Shown here piece by piece: positions 28,795 through 38,800 of a DNA stretch of 64,000 bases (the first letter of the stretch is position 1; every line of letters starts with the position of its first letter). The notes under the pieces are model-generated. The model was not told where the DNA came from and did not search any database. It saw only the letters and a program-made list of their open reading frames with translations. The position numbers and the translations under genes are program-made. Source of the DNA: Desulfatiglandales bacterium (GTDB taxonomy: Bacteria > Desulfobacterota > DSM-4660 > Desulfatiglandales > HGW-15); assembly GCA_963667015.2 (NCBI GenBank), contig CAXXJJ010000004.1, positions 3,200,001 to 3,264,000 on the forward strand, written 5' to 3'.

Positions 28795-29046
28795 CAACTC
28801 GAGGAATGGCGTGTTGAATCAAATGGAAAGATTTTTCTTAGGGATTTATATGAGCAGGTTTGAGGAGACAGTAATAATAGGCGGACTGGATGGGAAAATA
28901 TCACCAGTCGTAAATTGACATTTCTCGACTCCCGCTAACTGGAGAGGAATAAATTGCAGGGGAGATCCAGCCTTTACAATATTTCAAGATTTATCCCTTT
29001 GGTCGAAATAACATATAAAAACTCATGCCTAAAATGATAGAGCTGA

Positions 29047-30801
29047 TCAGGAATACAGATCCTCACAAATCCCGCACCTGTTACAATTGCCGGGGTCACA
29101 GATATCCGATTCCCTTTCCTTCAGGGCGAGCATATACTCCTTTATAAGAAATTCTTTATGCAGGTTATGGTCAATAAAATCCCATGGCAGTGTTTCATCG
29201 AGTTCCTTTGGACGGTGTACAAAAAATTCTGTATTAAGTTCAGAGTCTCTGAAGGCCCTGTTAAAATCCCCTTCATATTCATGTGCTTTTTTGAGGATTG
29301 TCCCGACCCTTCTGTCTCCCATCGATAAAAGTGTCTGAAGATAGGCCCATTTAGGTACATCAAAGGTGACGGTCACACCGCCCTCCTTTGAAAAGGTTTT
29401 TTTAAGCCACTTCTGCTTTTCCTTGAGGCTCTTTACACTCTCCATTGGAAACCATTGAAAGGGCGTGAACGGCTTCGGAATAAAACAGTTCACACTGAGG
29501 CGGACCTGTCCGATCTCGCCTCTTGACCTTGATTCCTTTACCATCACATGTTTTATCCTTTTAACAAGGTCATGAATGGCAACAAGGTCCTCCCTTGTCT
29601 CGGTGGGAAGCCCTATTAAAAAATACAGCCTTAACGAAAATTTACCCACCCGTGCAATCATCCTTACGGCATCTTCAATCTGCTCTCGGGTGAGGTGTTT
29701 GTTTATTACCTTCCTCAGTCTTTCAGAACCGGCCTCCGGAGCAATGGCAATCTGTTTCTGGCCTGATTCCTTCAGCATTTCCAGCATCTCTTCATTTAAA
29801 AGATCTGCCCTCAGGGAGGATACGGAAAAAGTTTTATTTTCGGAAAGAATTTTCCGGGCAATTTTTTTTACACCGGGAGTATCCAGCACTGATGCACTCA
29901 GAAGCCCTACCTGACTGCACCCGTCAAAGGATGTATCTATACAACTTAAAACATCCTTTTCATTCTGATATCTTGGAGGCCTGTATACAAATCCTGCCGC
30001 GCAAAAGCGGCATGACCTGCCGCATCCCCGGCCAAGCTCAACAAGGAGTTTGTCTGCAAATTCGGTTTCAGAGGACAGGATAACGGATCTGTTTACTGAA
30101 AGGTCCTCCGGCCTGACAACTGCCGACTTTATACTGACATTAATATCATCAATTAAAGAAGTTCTGGCTTTTATAGTTCCATCATCGCCGTATTCTACCT
30201 GATACAGAGAAGGAACATACACGCTGTCCATACCTCTTGCCAGTTGTTCAAGTATTTCCTGTTTTGAATTGTCTCGGTGGATCAATCCTTTAAAGAGATC
30301 AATAAACCGGTTCAGGTTTTCCTCGGCCTCACCCAGGAGAAAGAAATCAATAAAATCGGAAACCGGTTCCGGGTTAAGAAAGGTAGTGACACCACCTGCC
30401 ATTACAAGGGGAAAGGACTCATCCCTTTCCTCTCTTAAAAAAGGGATCCTTGCAAAGCCAAGTACCTTGAGAATATTTGGATAGTCATTTTCAAAGGACA
30501 GGGAAAAGGCAACCAGGTCAAAGCGCGACAAAGGTGATTTTGATTCCAGGGAAACAAGGCCTCCTGCCCTTGATTGGAGGGACGATTCCGTTTCTTCGGG
30601 CAGGAAAAACCTTTCAGCTACAACATCTTCTCTTTCGTTCAACAGCCTGTATACAACCTGGAATCCCAGATTGGACATGCCCACATAATATCTGCTGGGA
30701 TATACCAGGGCGATCGATATTTTACCTCCCCAGTCTTTTTTAACAGTACCCGACTCCCGGGCAAGTTTCTCACTGTAAAGGGGGGTATTACTGCCGGACA
30801 T
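29047..30801 (-). CDS. Radical SAM protein (TIGR03960-like B12-binding radical SAM family)
   Basis: YPSRYYVGMSNLG, ELGRGCGRSCRFCAAG, APEAGSERLRKVINK, FIPKPFTPFQW, LPWDFID. Confidence 0.88.
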   Translation of the reverse strand: MSGSNTPLYSEKLARESGTVKKDWGGKISIALVYPSRYYVGMSNLGFQVVYRLLNEREDVVAERFFLPEETESSLQSRAGGLVSLESKSPLSRFDLVAFSLSFENDYPNILKVLGFARIPFLREERDESFPLVMAGGVTTFLNPEPVSDFIDFFLLGEAEENLNRFIDLFKGLIHRDNSKQEILEQLARGMDSVYVPSLYQVEYGDDGTIKARTSLIDDINVSIKSAVVRPEDLSVNRSVILSSETEFADKLLVELGRGCGRSCRFCAAGFVYRPPRYQNEKDVLSCIDTSFDGCSQVGLLSASVLDTPGVKKIARKILSENKTFSVSSLRADLLNEEMLEMLKESGQKQIAIAPEAGSERLRKVINKHLTREQIEDAVRMIARVGKFSLRLYFLIGLPTETREDLVAIHDLVKRIKHVMVKESRSRGEIGQVRLSVNCFIPKPFTPFQWFPMESVKSLKEKQKWLKKTFSKEGGVTVTFDVPKWAYLQTLLSMGDRRVGTILKKAHEYEGDFNRAFRDSELNTEFFVHRPKELDETLPWDFIDHNLHKEFLIKEYMLALKERESDICDPGNCNRCGICEDLYS

Positions 30802-30809
30802 ATTTCCAG

Positions 30810-32027
30810 TTAATCTGCCTTTGCCCTTAAAAAGGCCGGGTAATCAAGGTCGTCCTTAAAAAAGACCTTTTTAAAGATCCCCTTTTTCTGGGCTGCAACA
30901 GGTTCTTCATCATGATGTTCCGCTGCCTTACCCTCATTTTCACCTTTTCTCTGGAAAGCGGGGACATCATATTCATCTATCTCTTCACCGTTAAGTTTAA
31001 CCGTCCAGTTATCCTTTGCCTCTTCCGGTGTGATGTCTCTCAATCTTACTACCTTTTTATATTGATCCTTATCGATTCCGGTGGCAATAACCGTAATCTG
31101 AACTTCATCACCCATGTCTTCATTGAAGACAATACCCCATACTATCTCTGCGTCTTCTGCAACTTCGCCCTTTATGTAGTTGCTTGCCACATCTATCTCA
31201 TCCATTGTTATATCGGGTGGGGCAGTTATATTCATAAGCAGGCCCTTTGCTCCGCTTACGGATATATCCTCCAGCAGAGGACTGTTTATGGCCTGCTGAG
31301 CTGCCTCGGACGCACGGTCGGGACCGCCTGCCCTTCCGGTACCCATTATTGCAGTGCCCATCTCTGACATGACCTTTTTTATATCGGCAAAGTCCAGGTT
31401 AATAAAACCGTTACTCATGATAAGATCAGATATACCTCTGACCGCGTTTAAAAGAACCTCGTCAGCCTTTGCTATCAGGTCCCTGAACATGGCGCTTTTA
31501 TCACCAATTGCCTTGAGCCTTTCATTGGGAATGATTATAAGGGTATCTACATCCTTTTTAAGCCTGTCTATACCTGCAAGCGCCCTGTTCATTCTCTTTT
31601 CACCTTCAAATTTAAAGGGCTTTGTTACAACCGCAACTGTAAGAGCTCCGCTTTCTTTGCACTCCCTCGCGATTACAGGAGCTGCTCCGGTTCCTGTTCC
31701 GCCCCCCATACCGGCAGTAATAAAGATCATATCAGCGCCGCCAACATACTCCCTGATATCATTGATGCTTTCCTCGGCTGCCTTCTTACCGACCTCGGGG
31801 TCTGCACCGGCACCAAGACCTCTTGTAAGACTGGCGCCAAGCTGAAGCCTGTTGGGACAGACAGACCTGTCAAGGTCCTGGCTGTCTGTATTTGCAGCAA
31901 TAAAGTCTACTCCCTTGAGCTGCGCGCTTATCATGTTGTTGATGGCGTTTCCACCACCTCCCCCGATACCAATTACCTTGATTTTGGCATCATAATTGTC
32001 CTTCTTGTCTACAAATTCAAATTTCAT
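30810..32027 (-). CDS. ftsZ: Cell division protein FtsZ
   Basis: GGGGGNA, GMGGGTGTG, INLDFAD, C-terminal DYPAFLR. Confidence 0.99.
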   Translation of the reverse strand: MKFEFVDKKDNYDAKIKVIGIGGGGGNAINNMISAQLKGVDFIAANTDSQDLDRSVCPNRLQLGASLTRGLGAGADPEVGKKAAEESINDIREYVGGADMIFITAGMGGGTGTGAAPVIARECKESGALTVAVVTKPFKFEGEKRMNRALAGIDRLKKDVDTLIIIPNERLKAIGDKSAMFRDLIAKADEVLLNAVRGISDLIMSNGFINLDFADIKKVMSEMGTAIMGTGRAGGPDRASEAAQQAINSPLLEDISVSGAKGLLMNITAPPDITMDEIDVASNYIKGEVAEDAEIVWGIVFNEDMGDEVQITVIATGIDKDQYKKVVRLRDITPEEAKDNWTVKLNGEEIDEYDVPAFQRKGENEGKAAEHHDEEPVAAQKKGIFKKVFFKDDLDYPAFLRAKAD

Positions 32028-32121
32028 GGTGTCCCTCCTAAATGTTGGCCTCGTCAGGCCGTTACCAAAAAAGACAAAAAATATCTTTTAATTTAAACTT
32101 ATTTTAAATAACTTAAATGGA

Positions 32122-33345
32122 TCAGATTACTTCCTTGAACCATTTTTTCATCCTATCCATAACCTTGGCAAAAATATTTGTATCCCTGATCCTGAACTTT
32201 TTACTGTTGGTGTTCTGCTTTGCTCCATATAGAACCAGCCCTACTGCAGTTGCATACATGGGTTTGTTTACTACCTCAACAAGTCCTCCTATCTTGTCAG
32301 GGTAACCGATCCTGCATGGTAAATTAAATATCTCTTCTGCTATCTCAGGTACGCCTGCGAGTTCTGAAGACCCGCCTGTTATAACTATTCCGGAGTTTAT
32401 GGCATCCTCATAACCTGCCCTGATCAATTCACTGTGGATAAGTGTAAATATCTCCTCGAGCCTGGGCTCAAGTATCTCTCCCAGAAACTGTCTTGGAAGG
32501 GTTCTTGGTCCTCTGCCGCCCACACCCGGGACCTCTATTGTCTCATCGCTTCCTATCATGGATGTGAGTGCGCATCCGTATTTCATCTTGATCTTTTCAG
32601 CCTCTACCGTGGCAGTTCTTATTCCTATGGAAATATCATAGGTCAGGTTGTCACCTCCAAGTGCAAGCACTGAAGTATGTTTAATCGATCCCCTTGAAAA
32701 GACTGCCATATCAGTGGTGCCGCCGCCAAAATCAATAAGAGCTACGCCGAGATTCCTTTCTTCATTGGTCAGAACAGCTTCGCTGGAGGCTATTGCCTCA
32801 AGTACAATATCATGAACATCCAGGCCTGCCCTGTTTGCACACTTGATAATGTTCTGGGCAGAAGTAACTGCCCCTGTAACGATATGGATCTTTGCCTCCA
32901 TCCTTACACCGGACATGCCCAGAGGATCCATGATGCCGTCCTGTTCATCAACAATAAATTCCTGCTCAAGAACATGTATAACTTCCCTGTCCATGGGTAT
33001 TGCCACTGCACTGGCAGCCTCAATAACCCTGTCAATATCCTTCCTGGTAACTTCGCGTTCCTTCAGGGCAATAACCCCATGGCTGTTAAAACCTTTAATA
33101 TGCCCGCCTGCAATACCTGCATATACTGAGCTGATCTCACACCCCGCCATAGTCTCGGCTTCTTCGATAGCTTCCTTGATGGAGTTGACGGTCTTCTCGA
33201 TATTGATTACAACGCCCTTTCTGAGACCTTCTGAAGGGTGAGTACCTACTCCGATTATTTCGATAGTGTCATGAACCACTTCTCCAACAACCGCACATAT
33301 CTTTGTTGTACCGATATCCAGACCTACAATTATTTTTCCAGGCAT
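32122..33345 (-). CDS. ftsA: Cell division protein FtsA
   Basis: GLDIGTTK, IDFGGGTTD, ITGGSS, YATAVGL, C-terminal WFKE helix; start moved to the RBS-supported ATG 33345. Confidence 0.97.
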   Translation of the reverse strand: MPGKIIVGLDIGTTKICAVVGEVVHDTIEIIGVGTHPSEGLRKGVVINIEKTVNSIKEAIEEAETMAGCEISSVYAGIAGGHIKGFNSHGVIALKEREVTRKDIDRVIEAASAVAIPMDREVIHVLEQEFIVDEQDGIMDPLGMSGVRMEAKIHIVTGAVTSAQNIIKCANRAGLDVHDIVLEAIASSEAVLTNEERNLGVALIDFGGGTTDMAVFSRGSIKHTSVLALGGDNLTYDISIGIRTATVEAEKIKMKYGCALTSMIGSDETIEVPGVGGRGPRTLPRQFLGEILEPRLEEIFTLIHSELIRAGYEDAINSGIVITGGSSELAGVPEIAEEIFNLPCRIGYPDKIGGLVEVVNKPMYATAVGLVLYGAKQNTNSKKFRIRDTNIFAKVMDRMKKWFKEVI

Positions 33346-33367
33346 AGTCTTATTCCTTATAATATGG

Positions 33368-34198
33368 TTAACCTGCATCCCTGAAGGAGACTACAGCACC
33401 ATCAGAATAGTCCAGGTCAATGGCCTTTACCGTATTGATACGACCTGTCTCCTTCAGATGGGCGATGATTCTGCTTAATTCTTTCTTCTTTAGAGCAAGT
33501 TCATTGTATCCCATCTTCAACACTACCGGCATAGAGGTGGAATAGAGAGATACCTTTTCACCTTTTTCAAAATGTAATTCACTTAAATCTTCCATTGACC
33601 AGGCACCTGTATCTGATTCAAAAACAGACAGGATACCCGCGGCTAGTTTCAGATAATGCTCGCGTTCGTTATTCTCGGGAGATATACCTGTTATAACTGG
33701 AAAATCCTTATCATCACTGTATTCCAGCTCTTTAAAGGGCTCACCCCATTTATTGATATAATAGAGTTTGTCCAGTGCAACTATGGCATATGGAATCTCC
33801 TTTTCCGCACGGACCAGTAATAAATCCGGAAAACTTTTTTCCAGCTCAACTTTTCGTATCCAGGGGTGGCTTTCCATCTTTTGCTTCAGTTCCTTGAGAT
33901 TTATTGTAAAAAGACTCAGCTCACTGTCCAGATCCGAGATCTCAATAAGCTCCCTCTTTATTGTTTCATCCACCCCTGAAATCCGGACCTCCTCCAGTGC
34001 CATATGGGGAGATGAAATCAGATACTGATAAAGATAAAGGAACAGGGCGCTCACGGATGCAACCACTATACAGAGGCACAATATCTTCAGGGACAGAAAA
34101 GATACAGACTTGACCGCTCTGAAAAAGCCGGAATAATCCTTTTTTTGCTTCTTTTTCCTGACTACAGTCTGCCCTGATAATATGGTTCTTTTTTTCAT
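33368..34198 (-). CDS. ftsQ: Cell division protein FtsQ/DivIB
   Basis: Single TM, POTRA HPWIRKV..FPD, IDLDY; position before ftsA. Confidence 0.9.
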   Translation of the reverse strand: MKKRTILSGQTVVRKKKQKKDYSGFFRAVKSVSFLSLKILCLCIVVASVSALFLYLYQYLISSPHMALEEVRISGVDETIKRELIEISDLDSELSLFTINLKELKQKMESHPWIRKVELEKSFPDLLLVRAEKEIPYAIVALDKLYYINKWGEPFKELEYSDDKDFPVITGISPENNEREHYLKLAAGILSVFESDTGAWSMEDLSELHFEKGEKVSLYSTSMPVVLKMGYNELALKKKELSRIIAHLKETGRINTVKAIDLDYSDGAVVSFRDAG

Positions 34199-35100
34199 TG
34201 TCCAACTACCCTTATTTCCGTTTCCAGGTCTAGACCTGAATCTTCCCTTACCTTTTGTCTTGTATAATCTATCAGTTCAATAATATCCGATGCCTTTGCA
34301 TTGTCTGCATTTACAATAAAGTTGGCATGTTTTGGTGATATCATTGCACCGCCAATCCTTTTTCCCTTTAAACCGCTTTCCTCAATGAGCCTTCCTGCAA
34401 AATTTCCAGGCGGATTTTTAAAAACAGACCCGCAACTTGGCATATCAAGCGGCTGGCTCTCTTTACGTTTTTTCAGATTACTCTCTATTCTTTCTCTTAT
34501 AGACTCTCTTTCACCTCTTTTAAGTCCCAGTGTAACACTATATACAATCGATCTTTCAGGAATCGATGTCTTTCGGTATTCAAAAGAAATCCGGGATCTG
34601 TCAATCTCCTCTGTTTTACCATCGAAAGTAACAACCCCAAGCCGCAGCAATCGATCCCCTATCTCTTCCCCGTATGCACCTGCGTTCATGACAACGGCAC
34701 CGCCCAATGTACCGGGGATTCCCGACATGAACTCCATGCCTGCCAGTTCATGCTGTATGCAGTATTTTAAAAGCCTGACAACTGAAAGCCCTCCACCTAC
34801 TGTCACCTCATTAGTGCTTTCTTCATTAACTTCCGCCAGTTTCCCTTTGAGGAAAATTACAGCCCCTTTAATTCCTTTATCGGTCACAAGCAGGTTACTG
34901 CCCTTTCCGACTGTCATCCTGGCTATTGCCTCTGACTCCAGAAAGGATATCAACTGCATAAGCGTTGGCAGATCACTTACAAAACATAGTGCCTCAGCCT
35001 TTCCTCCTGCCCGGAATGTGCTGTATGAACTCATGGAGGCATCAAAAATTACCGATTCCTTTAATAATTTTACAAGTTCGGACTTCTGATTTTCATCCAT
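34195..35100 (-). CDS. murB: UDP-N-acetylenolpyruvoylglucosamine reductase
   Basis: GKGSNLL, GIPGTLGGAVVMNAGAYG, SCGSVFKNP, KHANFIVN. Confidence 0.97.
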   Translation of the reverse strand: MDENQKSELVKLLKESVIFDASMSSYSTFRAGGKAEALCFVSDLPTLMQLISFLESEAIARMTVGKGSNLLVTDKGIKGAVIFLKGKLAEVNEESTNEVTVGGGLSVVRLLKYCIQHELAGMEFMSGIPGTLGGAVVMNAGAYGEEIGDRLLRLGVVTFDGKTEEIDRSRISFEYRKTSIPERSIVYSVTLGLKRGERESIRERIESNLKKRKESQPLDMPSCGSVFKNPPGNFAGRLIEESGLKGKRIGGAMISPKHANFIVNADNAKASDIIELIDYTRQKVREDSGLDLETEIRVVGQ

Positions 35101-35121
35101 GATCTTTCCGGAGCCGTTTTA

Positions 35122-36501
35122 CTATTTTATTTTCTCAAGCAGGTCTTCTCCTACCTTGTATATATCTCCTGCCCCGAGGGTTATTACCTTGTCTCCCGGC
35201 CTTATCATTTCTTCTAATATGGCCATGATCTCTTCCGGTCCTTCAGCAAGATGCACTTCCTTATGACCATGTTCCTTTATGCCCCTGTAAAGCCATTGTG
35301 AGTCCACACCCTCAATAGCCTTTTCTCCTGCAGGATAGATAGGGGCAATAACCAGCACATCCGAATGATTAAAGCTGATGACAAACCGGTTATAGAGTTC
35401 TTTTGTTCTGCTGTACCTGTGGGGCTGAAAAACAACTATCAGCCGGTCTTCCGGCCATACTTCCCTAGCCGCTTCAAGGGTGGCCATTATCTCCGTAGGA
35501 TGATGACCATAATCATCAATTACCAGCACACCGTTTTTTTCACCTTTTTTCTGGAATCTTCTTGCAAGACCTCCCAGGTCAGCCAAGCCCTTTTTAATAT
35601 CTTTAAGTTCAATATTGAGTTCCATCCCTACGGCGACCGCAGCAAGTGCATTGAGAACACTGTGGTTTCCCGGCATCCCTACTCTAATACGCCCAAGGCC
35701 TTCACCCTTATAGAGCACCTCAAAATCGGAACTTGATGAATCCTTGGATATATCCGTTGCCCTTAAATCCGCCTGGGAGGTAAGGCCATAGGTAATATAG
35801 CGTTTTTTTAGCCTTGGAATAATATTCTGTATCTCCTCATTATCAAGGCACAGGATAGCGGTTCCGTAAAAGGGGATCTTGTTTATGAAATTGACGAATG
35901 TATCCCTGATTTTATCCATGTCCCCATAATGATCCATATGTTCACGGTCAATGTTCGTAACAACCGCGATCGTTGGAGACAGTGCCATGAATGATCCGTC
36001 ACTTTCATCCGATTCGGCGACAAGGATATCTCCCTGTCCGAGTTTAGCATTCGAACCGCCCCAGATATCCAGTCTTCCGCCAATAAGCACCGTAGGATCA
36101 AGTTCTGCTGCAGTTACAATGGATGCAACCATTGAAGTCGTGGTTGTTTTTCCGTGTGCGCCGGCTATGGCAACACCATACTTGAGGCGCATCAGCTCGG
36201 CGAGCATCTCGGCCCTTGGTATGACAGGGATATAATTTTCATTTGCAGCGATGATTTCAGGATTGTCAGGAGATACTGCCGACGAATATACAACAACATC
36301 CGCTTCTTCGATGTTTTCTGCACTGTGGCCGATAAACACCTTGCCCCCAAGATTGGTTACACGTCTTGAGGCTGCAGAATCCTTTATGTCGCTGCCGCTT
36401 ACCCTGTATCCAAGGTTGAGCAGCAGCTCGGCAATACCGCTCATACTGATTCCGCCGATACCTATAAAGTGAATATGTTTTGTTTTCTCAAAAGTTTTCA
36501 T
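35122..36501 (-). CDS. murC: UDP-N-acetylmuramate--L-alanine ligase
   Basis: GIGGISMSG, GAHGKTTT, ESDESDGSF, DDYGHHPTE, FQPHRYSRT. Confidence 0.98.
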   Translation of the reverse strand: MKTFEKTKHIHFIGIGGISMSGIAELLLNLGYRVSGSDIKDSAASRRVTNLGGKVFIGHSAENIEEADVVVYSSAVSPDNPEIIAANENYIPVIPRAEMLAELMRLKYGVAIAGAHGKTTTTSMVASIVTAAELDPTVLIGGRLDIWGGSNAKLGQGDILVAESDESDGSFMALSPTIAVVTNIDREHMDHYGDMDKIRDTFVNFINKIPFYGTAILCLDNEEIQNIIPRLKKRYITYGLTSQADLRATDISKDSSSSDFEVLYKGEGLGRIRVGMPGNHSVLNALAAVAVGMELNIELKDIKKGLADLGGLARRFQKKGEKNGVLVIDDYGHHPTEIMATLEAAREVWPEDRLIVVFQPHRYSRTKELYNRFVISFNHSDVLVIAPIYPAGEKAIEGVDSQWLYRGIKEHGHKEVHLAEGPEEIMAILEEMIRPGDKVITLGAGDIYKVGEDLLEKIK

Positions 36502-36504
36502 GAT

Positions 36505-37623
36505 TTAATTTTTACCTGTAAGTTTATACATCTGATCAGCTATAACCTTCGCTGCATCGAGCCTCGCGCATTTCCTGCTGTTTTCACCCATATTCACAAG
36601 CTGATCTCTGTTATCCATAAATTCAATGAGCTTTTCTGCCAGCTTCTCTCCATCGAGCTCGCCCTGCATCATCATCTCCGCACCGCCTGCCTTTACAAGT
36701 GCCATGGCATTTGACACCTGATGGTTGTTTGCCGAGGTTGGAAGCGGGATGAGGATAGCGGGTCTTCCCATTGCCGCGAGTTCAAATATGGTTCCGGCTC
36801 CGGCCCTTCCAATAAAAATATCCGCTTTTTCATATGCCTCGGGCATATCATCTATAAACGAGCTGACACCTCCTTTAAGCCCCCGCTCTTTGTATTCCTT
36901 CATGACTCTTTCATAATCAAACTGACCGGCATGATGGATAACCTCCGGTGTTAAACCCCTTCCTTTCATGATGGCAAGTGCTTCAATAAAAACACTGTTA
37001 ACGGCAACTGCCCCCTGGCTTCCGCCTGTTACAAAGATTGTAAAATCCTCTTTCTTTCCTGCCAGAGTGATTTTGTCCTTTTTAAATCCTTCACGCACAG
37101 GATTTCCGGCCATAAAACATTTTCCTGCAGGAAAATGTTCTTCACTCTCTTTAAATGAGATAAAAATCCTGTCTACCACCCGGCTCAAAAGCCTGTTTGT
37201 GAGTCCCGGAAAGGAGTTCTGCTCGTGTATAACAACCGGAATCCTCATAAACTTTCCGGACAAACATAACGGTCCGGACGAATATCCTCCCACACCCAGG
37301 ATTATGTCGGGGGAGAATCTTTTTATAATGCCAATGGACTGAAAAAGACTCCCCGGCAGTTTAAACAGGGATACGAGGGATTTTATTATTCCCCTTCCCT
37401 TGATGCCCTCAACCGTCAGGCATTCCTGCCTGAACCCCGCCTTATCAAGTATCCGTGACTCAATCTCTTTTCCCGCCGTAACAAACAGGATATCCGAACC
37501 GGGAAACCTGTCTTTAAACTCGTTAGCCACCGCTATACCCGGGAACAGGTGTCCGCCGGTGCCGCCTCCCGCTATAATGATCTTAAGCTTTTTCTCTCCT
37601 GTGTCTATTTGGTCCTCATTCAG
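36505..37623 (-). CDS. murG: Undecaprenyl-PP-MurNAc-pentapeptide GlcNAc transferase; start codon uncertain (CTG 37623 or ATA 37608)
   Basis: Frame extends upstream of the track start through IIIAGGGTGGHLFPG to TAA at 37630-37632; HEQN, GNPVR, GGSQG, RAGAGT, HQVSNA. Confidence 0.92.
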   Translation of the reverse strand: MNEDQIDTGEKKLKIIIAGGGTGGHLFPGIAVANEFKDRFPGSDILFVTAGKEIESRILDKAGFRQECLTVEGIKGRGIIKSLVSLFKLPGSLFQSIGIIKRFSPDIILGVGGYSSGPLCLSGKFMRIPVVIHEQNSFPGLTNRLLSRVVDRIFISFKESEEHFPAGKCFMAGNPVREGFKKDKITLAGKKEDFTIFVTGGSQGAVAVNSVFIEALAIMKGRGLTPEVIHHAGQFDYERVMKEYKERGLKGGVSSFIDDMPEAYEKADIFIGRAGAGTIFELAAMGRPAILIPLPTSANNHQVSNAMALVKAGGAEMMMQGELDGEKLAEKLIEFMDNRDQLVNMGENSRKCARLDAAKVIADQMYKLTGKN

Positions 37624-37699
37624 TAGCCTTTAAAGGCTGCCTAAAGATTTTATTAATCCTTAACCGCAAACCGCAGACCTCAAACCGTATACCTGCCGT

Positions 37700-38800
37700 T
37701 TATCTGCTTCGCGCCGATATATTCATCAGTATTCCGATCCCCACGAGATTAACCATGAGAGACGACCCGCCATAACTCAAAAAGGGCAGTGTAAGTCCCT
37801 TTGTAGGTAAAAGCCCCATTACCACACCCATATTAATCACAACCTGCAGGCCCAGAAGTGTTGTAATTCCAAGAGCAAGATAACTGCTGTAGAGGTCCGA
37901 GGCATCAAGTGAGATTTTCACCCCTCTGACAATCAATACTCCGAACAGTGCCACTATTACAATTATACCCAGCAATCCCAGTTCTTCGGCCAGGATTGAA
38001 AGTATAAAATCAGTATGAGGCTCCGGCAGATAACCCAGTTTCTGTTTACTGTTTCCAAGCCCTACACCTATGATTCCCCCTGAGCCGAATGCATAGAACG
38101 AGTGAATTATCTGAAAACCAAGATCATGTGCGTGATCCCATGGACTTAAAAATGCAAGGAGACGGTTCAGCCTGTATTCTGCATGAGTGATCAGCCAGAT
38201 TACCATCGGGCATGCAATGATCGCCATTCCGAGGAGGTGAAGCAGGTTCAGTCCGGCAACAAACAGCAGAATCATAAGCCAGGACCCTATTATCACCGTT
38301 GTCCCGAGGTCCGGCTGGATCAGGATCATGTACATAAAGGTCCCCACAACAAGAAGGTGAGGCAGCAGTCCCTTTGAAAAGCTGGACATGTCGGTTCCCT
38401 TTTTGGACATGGAATATGCCATATAAACCGCCAGAGAGAGTTTAACCAGTTCCGAGGGCTGCAGTCCGAAGGAGCCTATATCTATCCATCTGCGTGCACC
38501 GTTCACCTCTTTTCCGAATCCGGGAATCAGCAGGATGATCAGCAGGGCAAAGCTTATAAAAAGCGCCGGGTAGACCATCTTTCGATAGAACTCCACAGGA
38601 ATATTTTTAGCGACTATCAGTAAAAATAATCCCGCCAGTGTAAAAAAGGCCTGCCTCTTCAGATAAAAATAACTGTCGTGGAGCTTATAATCTGCCAGAA
38701 TGGAGCTGGAGCTGTAAACCGCCACCAGACCGACCCCCAGCAAAATAATAGTGGGAATCAGTATAAAATAATCATATCCTCCGCTTGTCTTTTCAGTCAT
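37700..38800 (-). CDS. ftsW: Peptidoglycan glycosyltransferase FtsW
   Basis: GARRWI, QPSE, QPDLGT, LPEPHTDFI, EELG, PTKGLTLPFLSYGGSS. Confidence 0.97.
   Translation of the reverse strand: MTEKTSGGYDYFILIPTIILLGVGLVAVYSSSSILADYKLHDSYFYLKRQAFFTLAGLFLLIVAKNIPVEFYRKMVYPALFISFALLIILLIPGFGKEVNGARRWIDIGSFGLQPSELVKLSLAVYMAYSMSKKGTDMSSFSKGLLPHLLVVGTFMYMILIQPDLGTTVIIGSWLMILLFVAGLNLLHLLGMAIIACPMVIWLITHAEYRLNRLLAFLSPWDHAHDLGFQIIHSFYAFGSGGIIGVGLGNSKQKLGYLPEPHTDFILSILAEELGLLGIIVIVALFGVLIVRGVKISLDASDLYSSYLALGITTLLGLQVVINMGVVMGLLPTKGLTLPFLSYGGSSLMVNLVGIGILMNISARSR

Noticed and set aside
28800..29040. Possible small gene or RNA downstream of the radical SAM gene
   Set aside because: No credible ORF; only a degenerate REP-like unit (AGATTTATCCCTTTGGTCGAAATAAC) with no second clear copy in the window.
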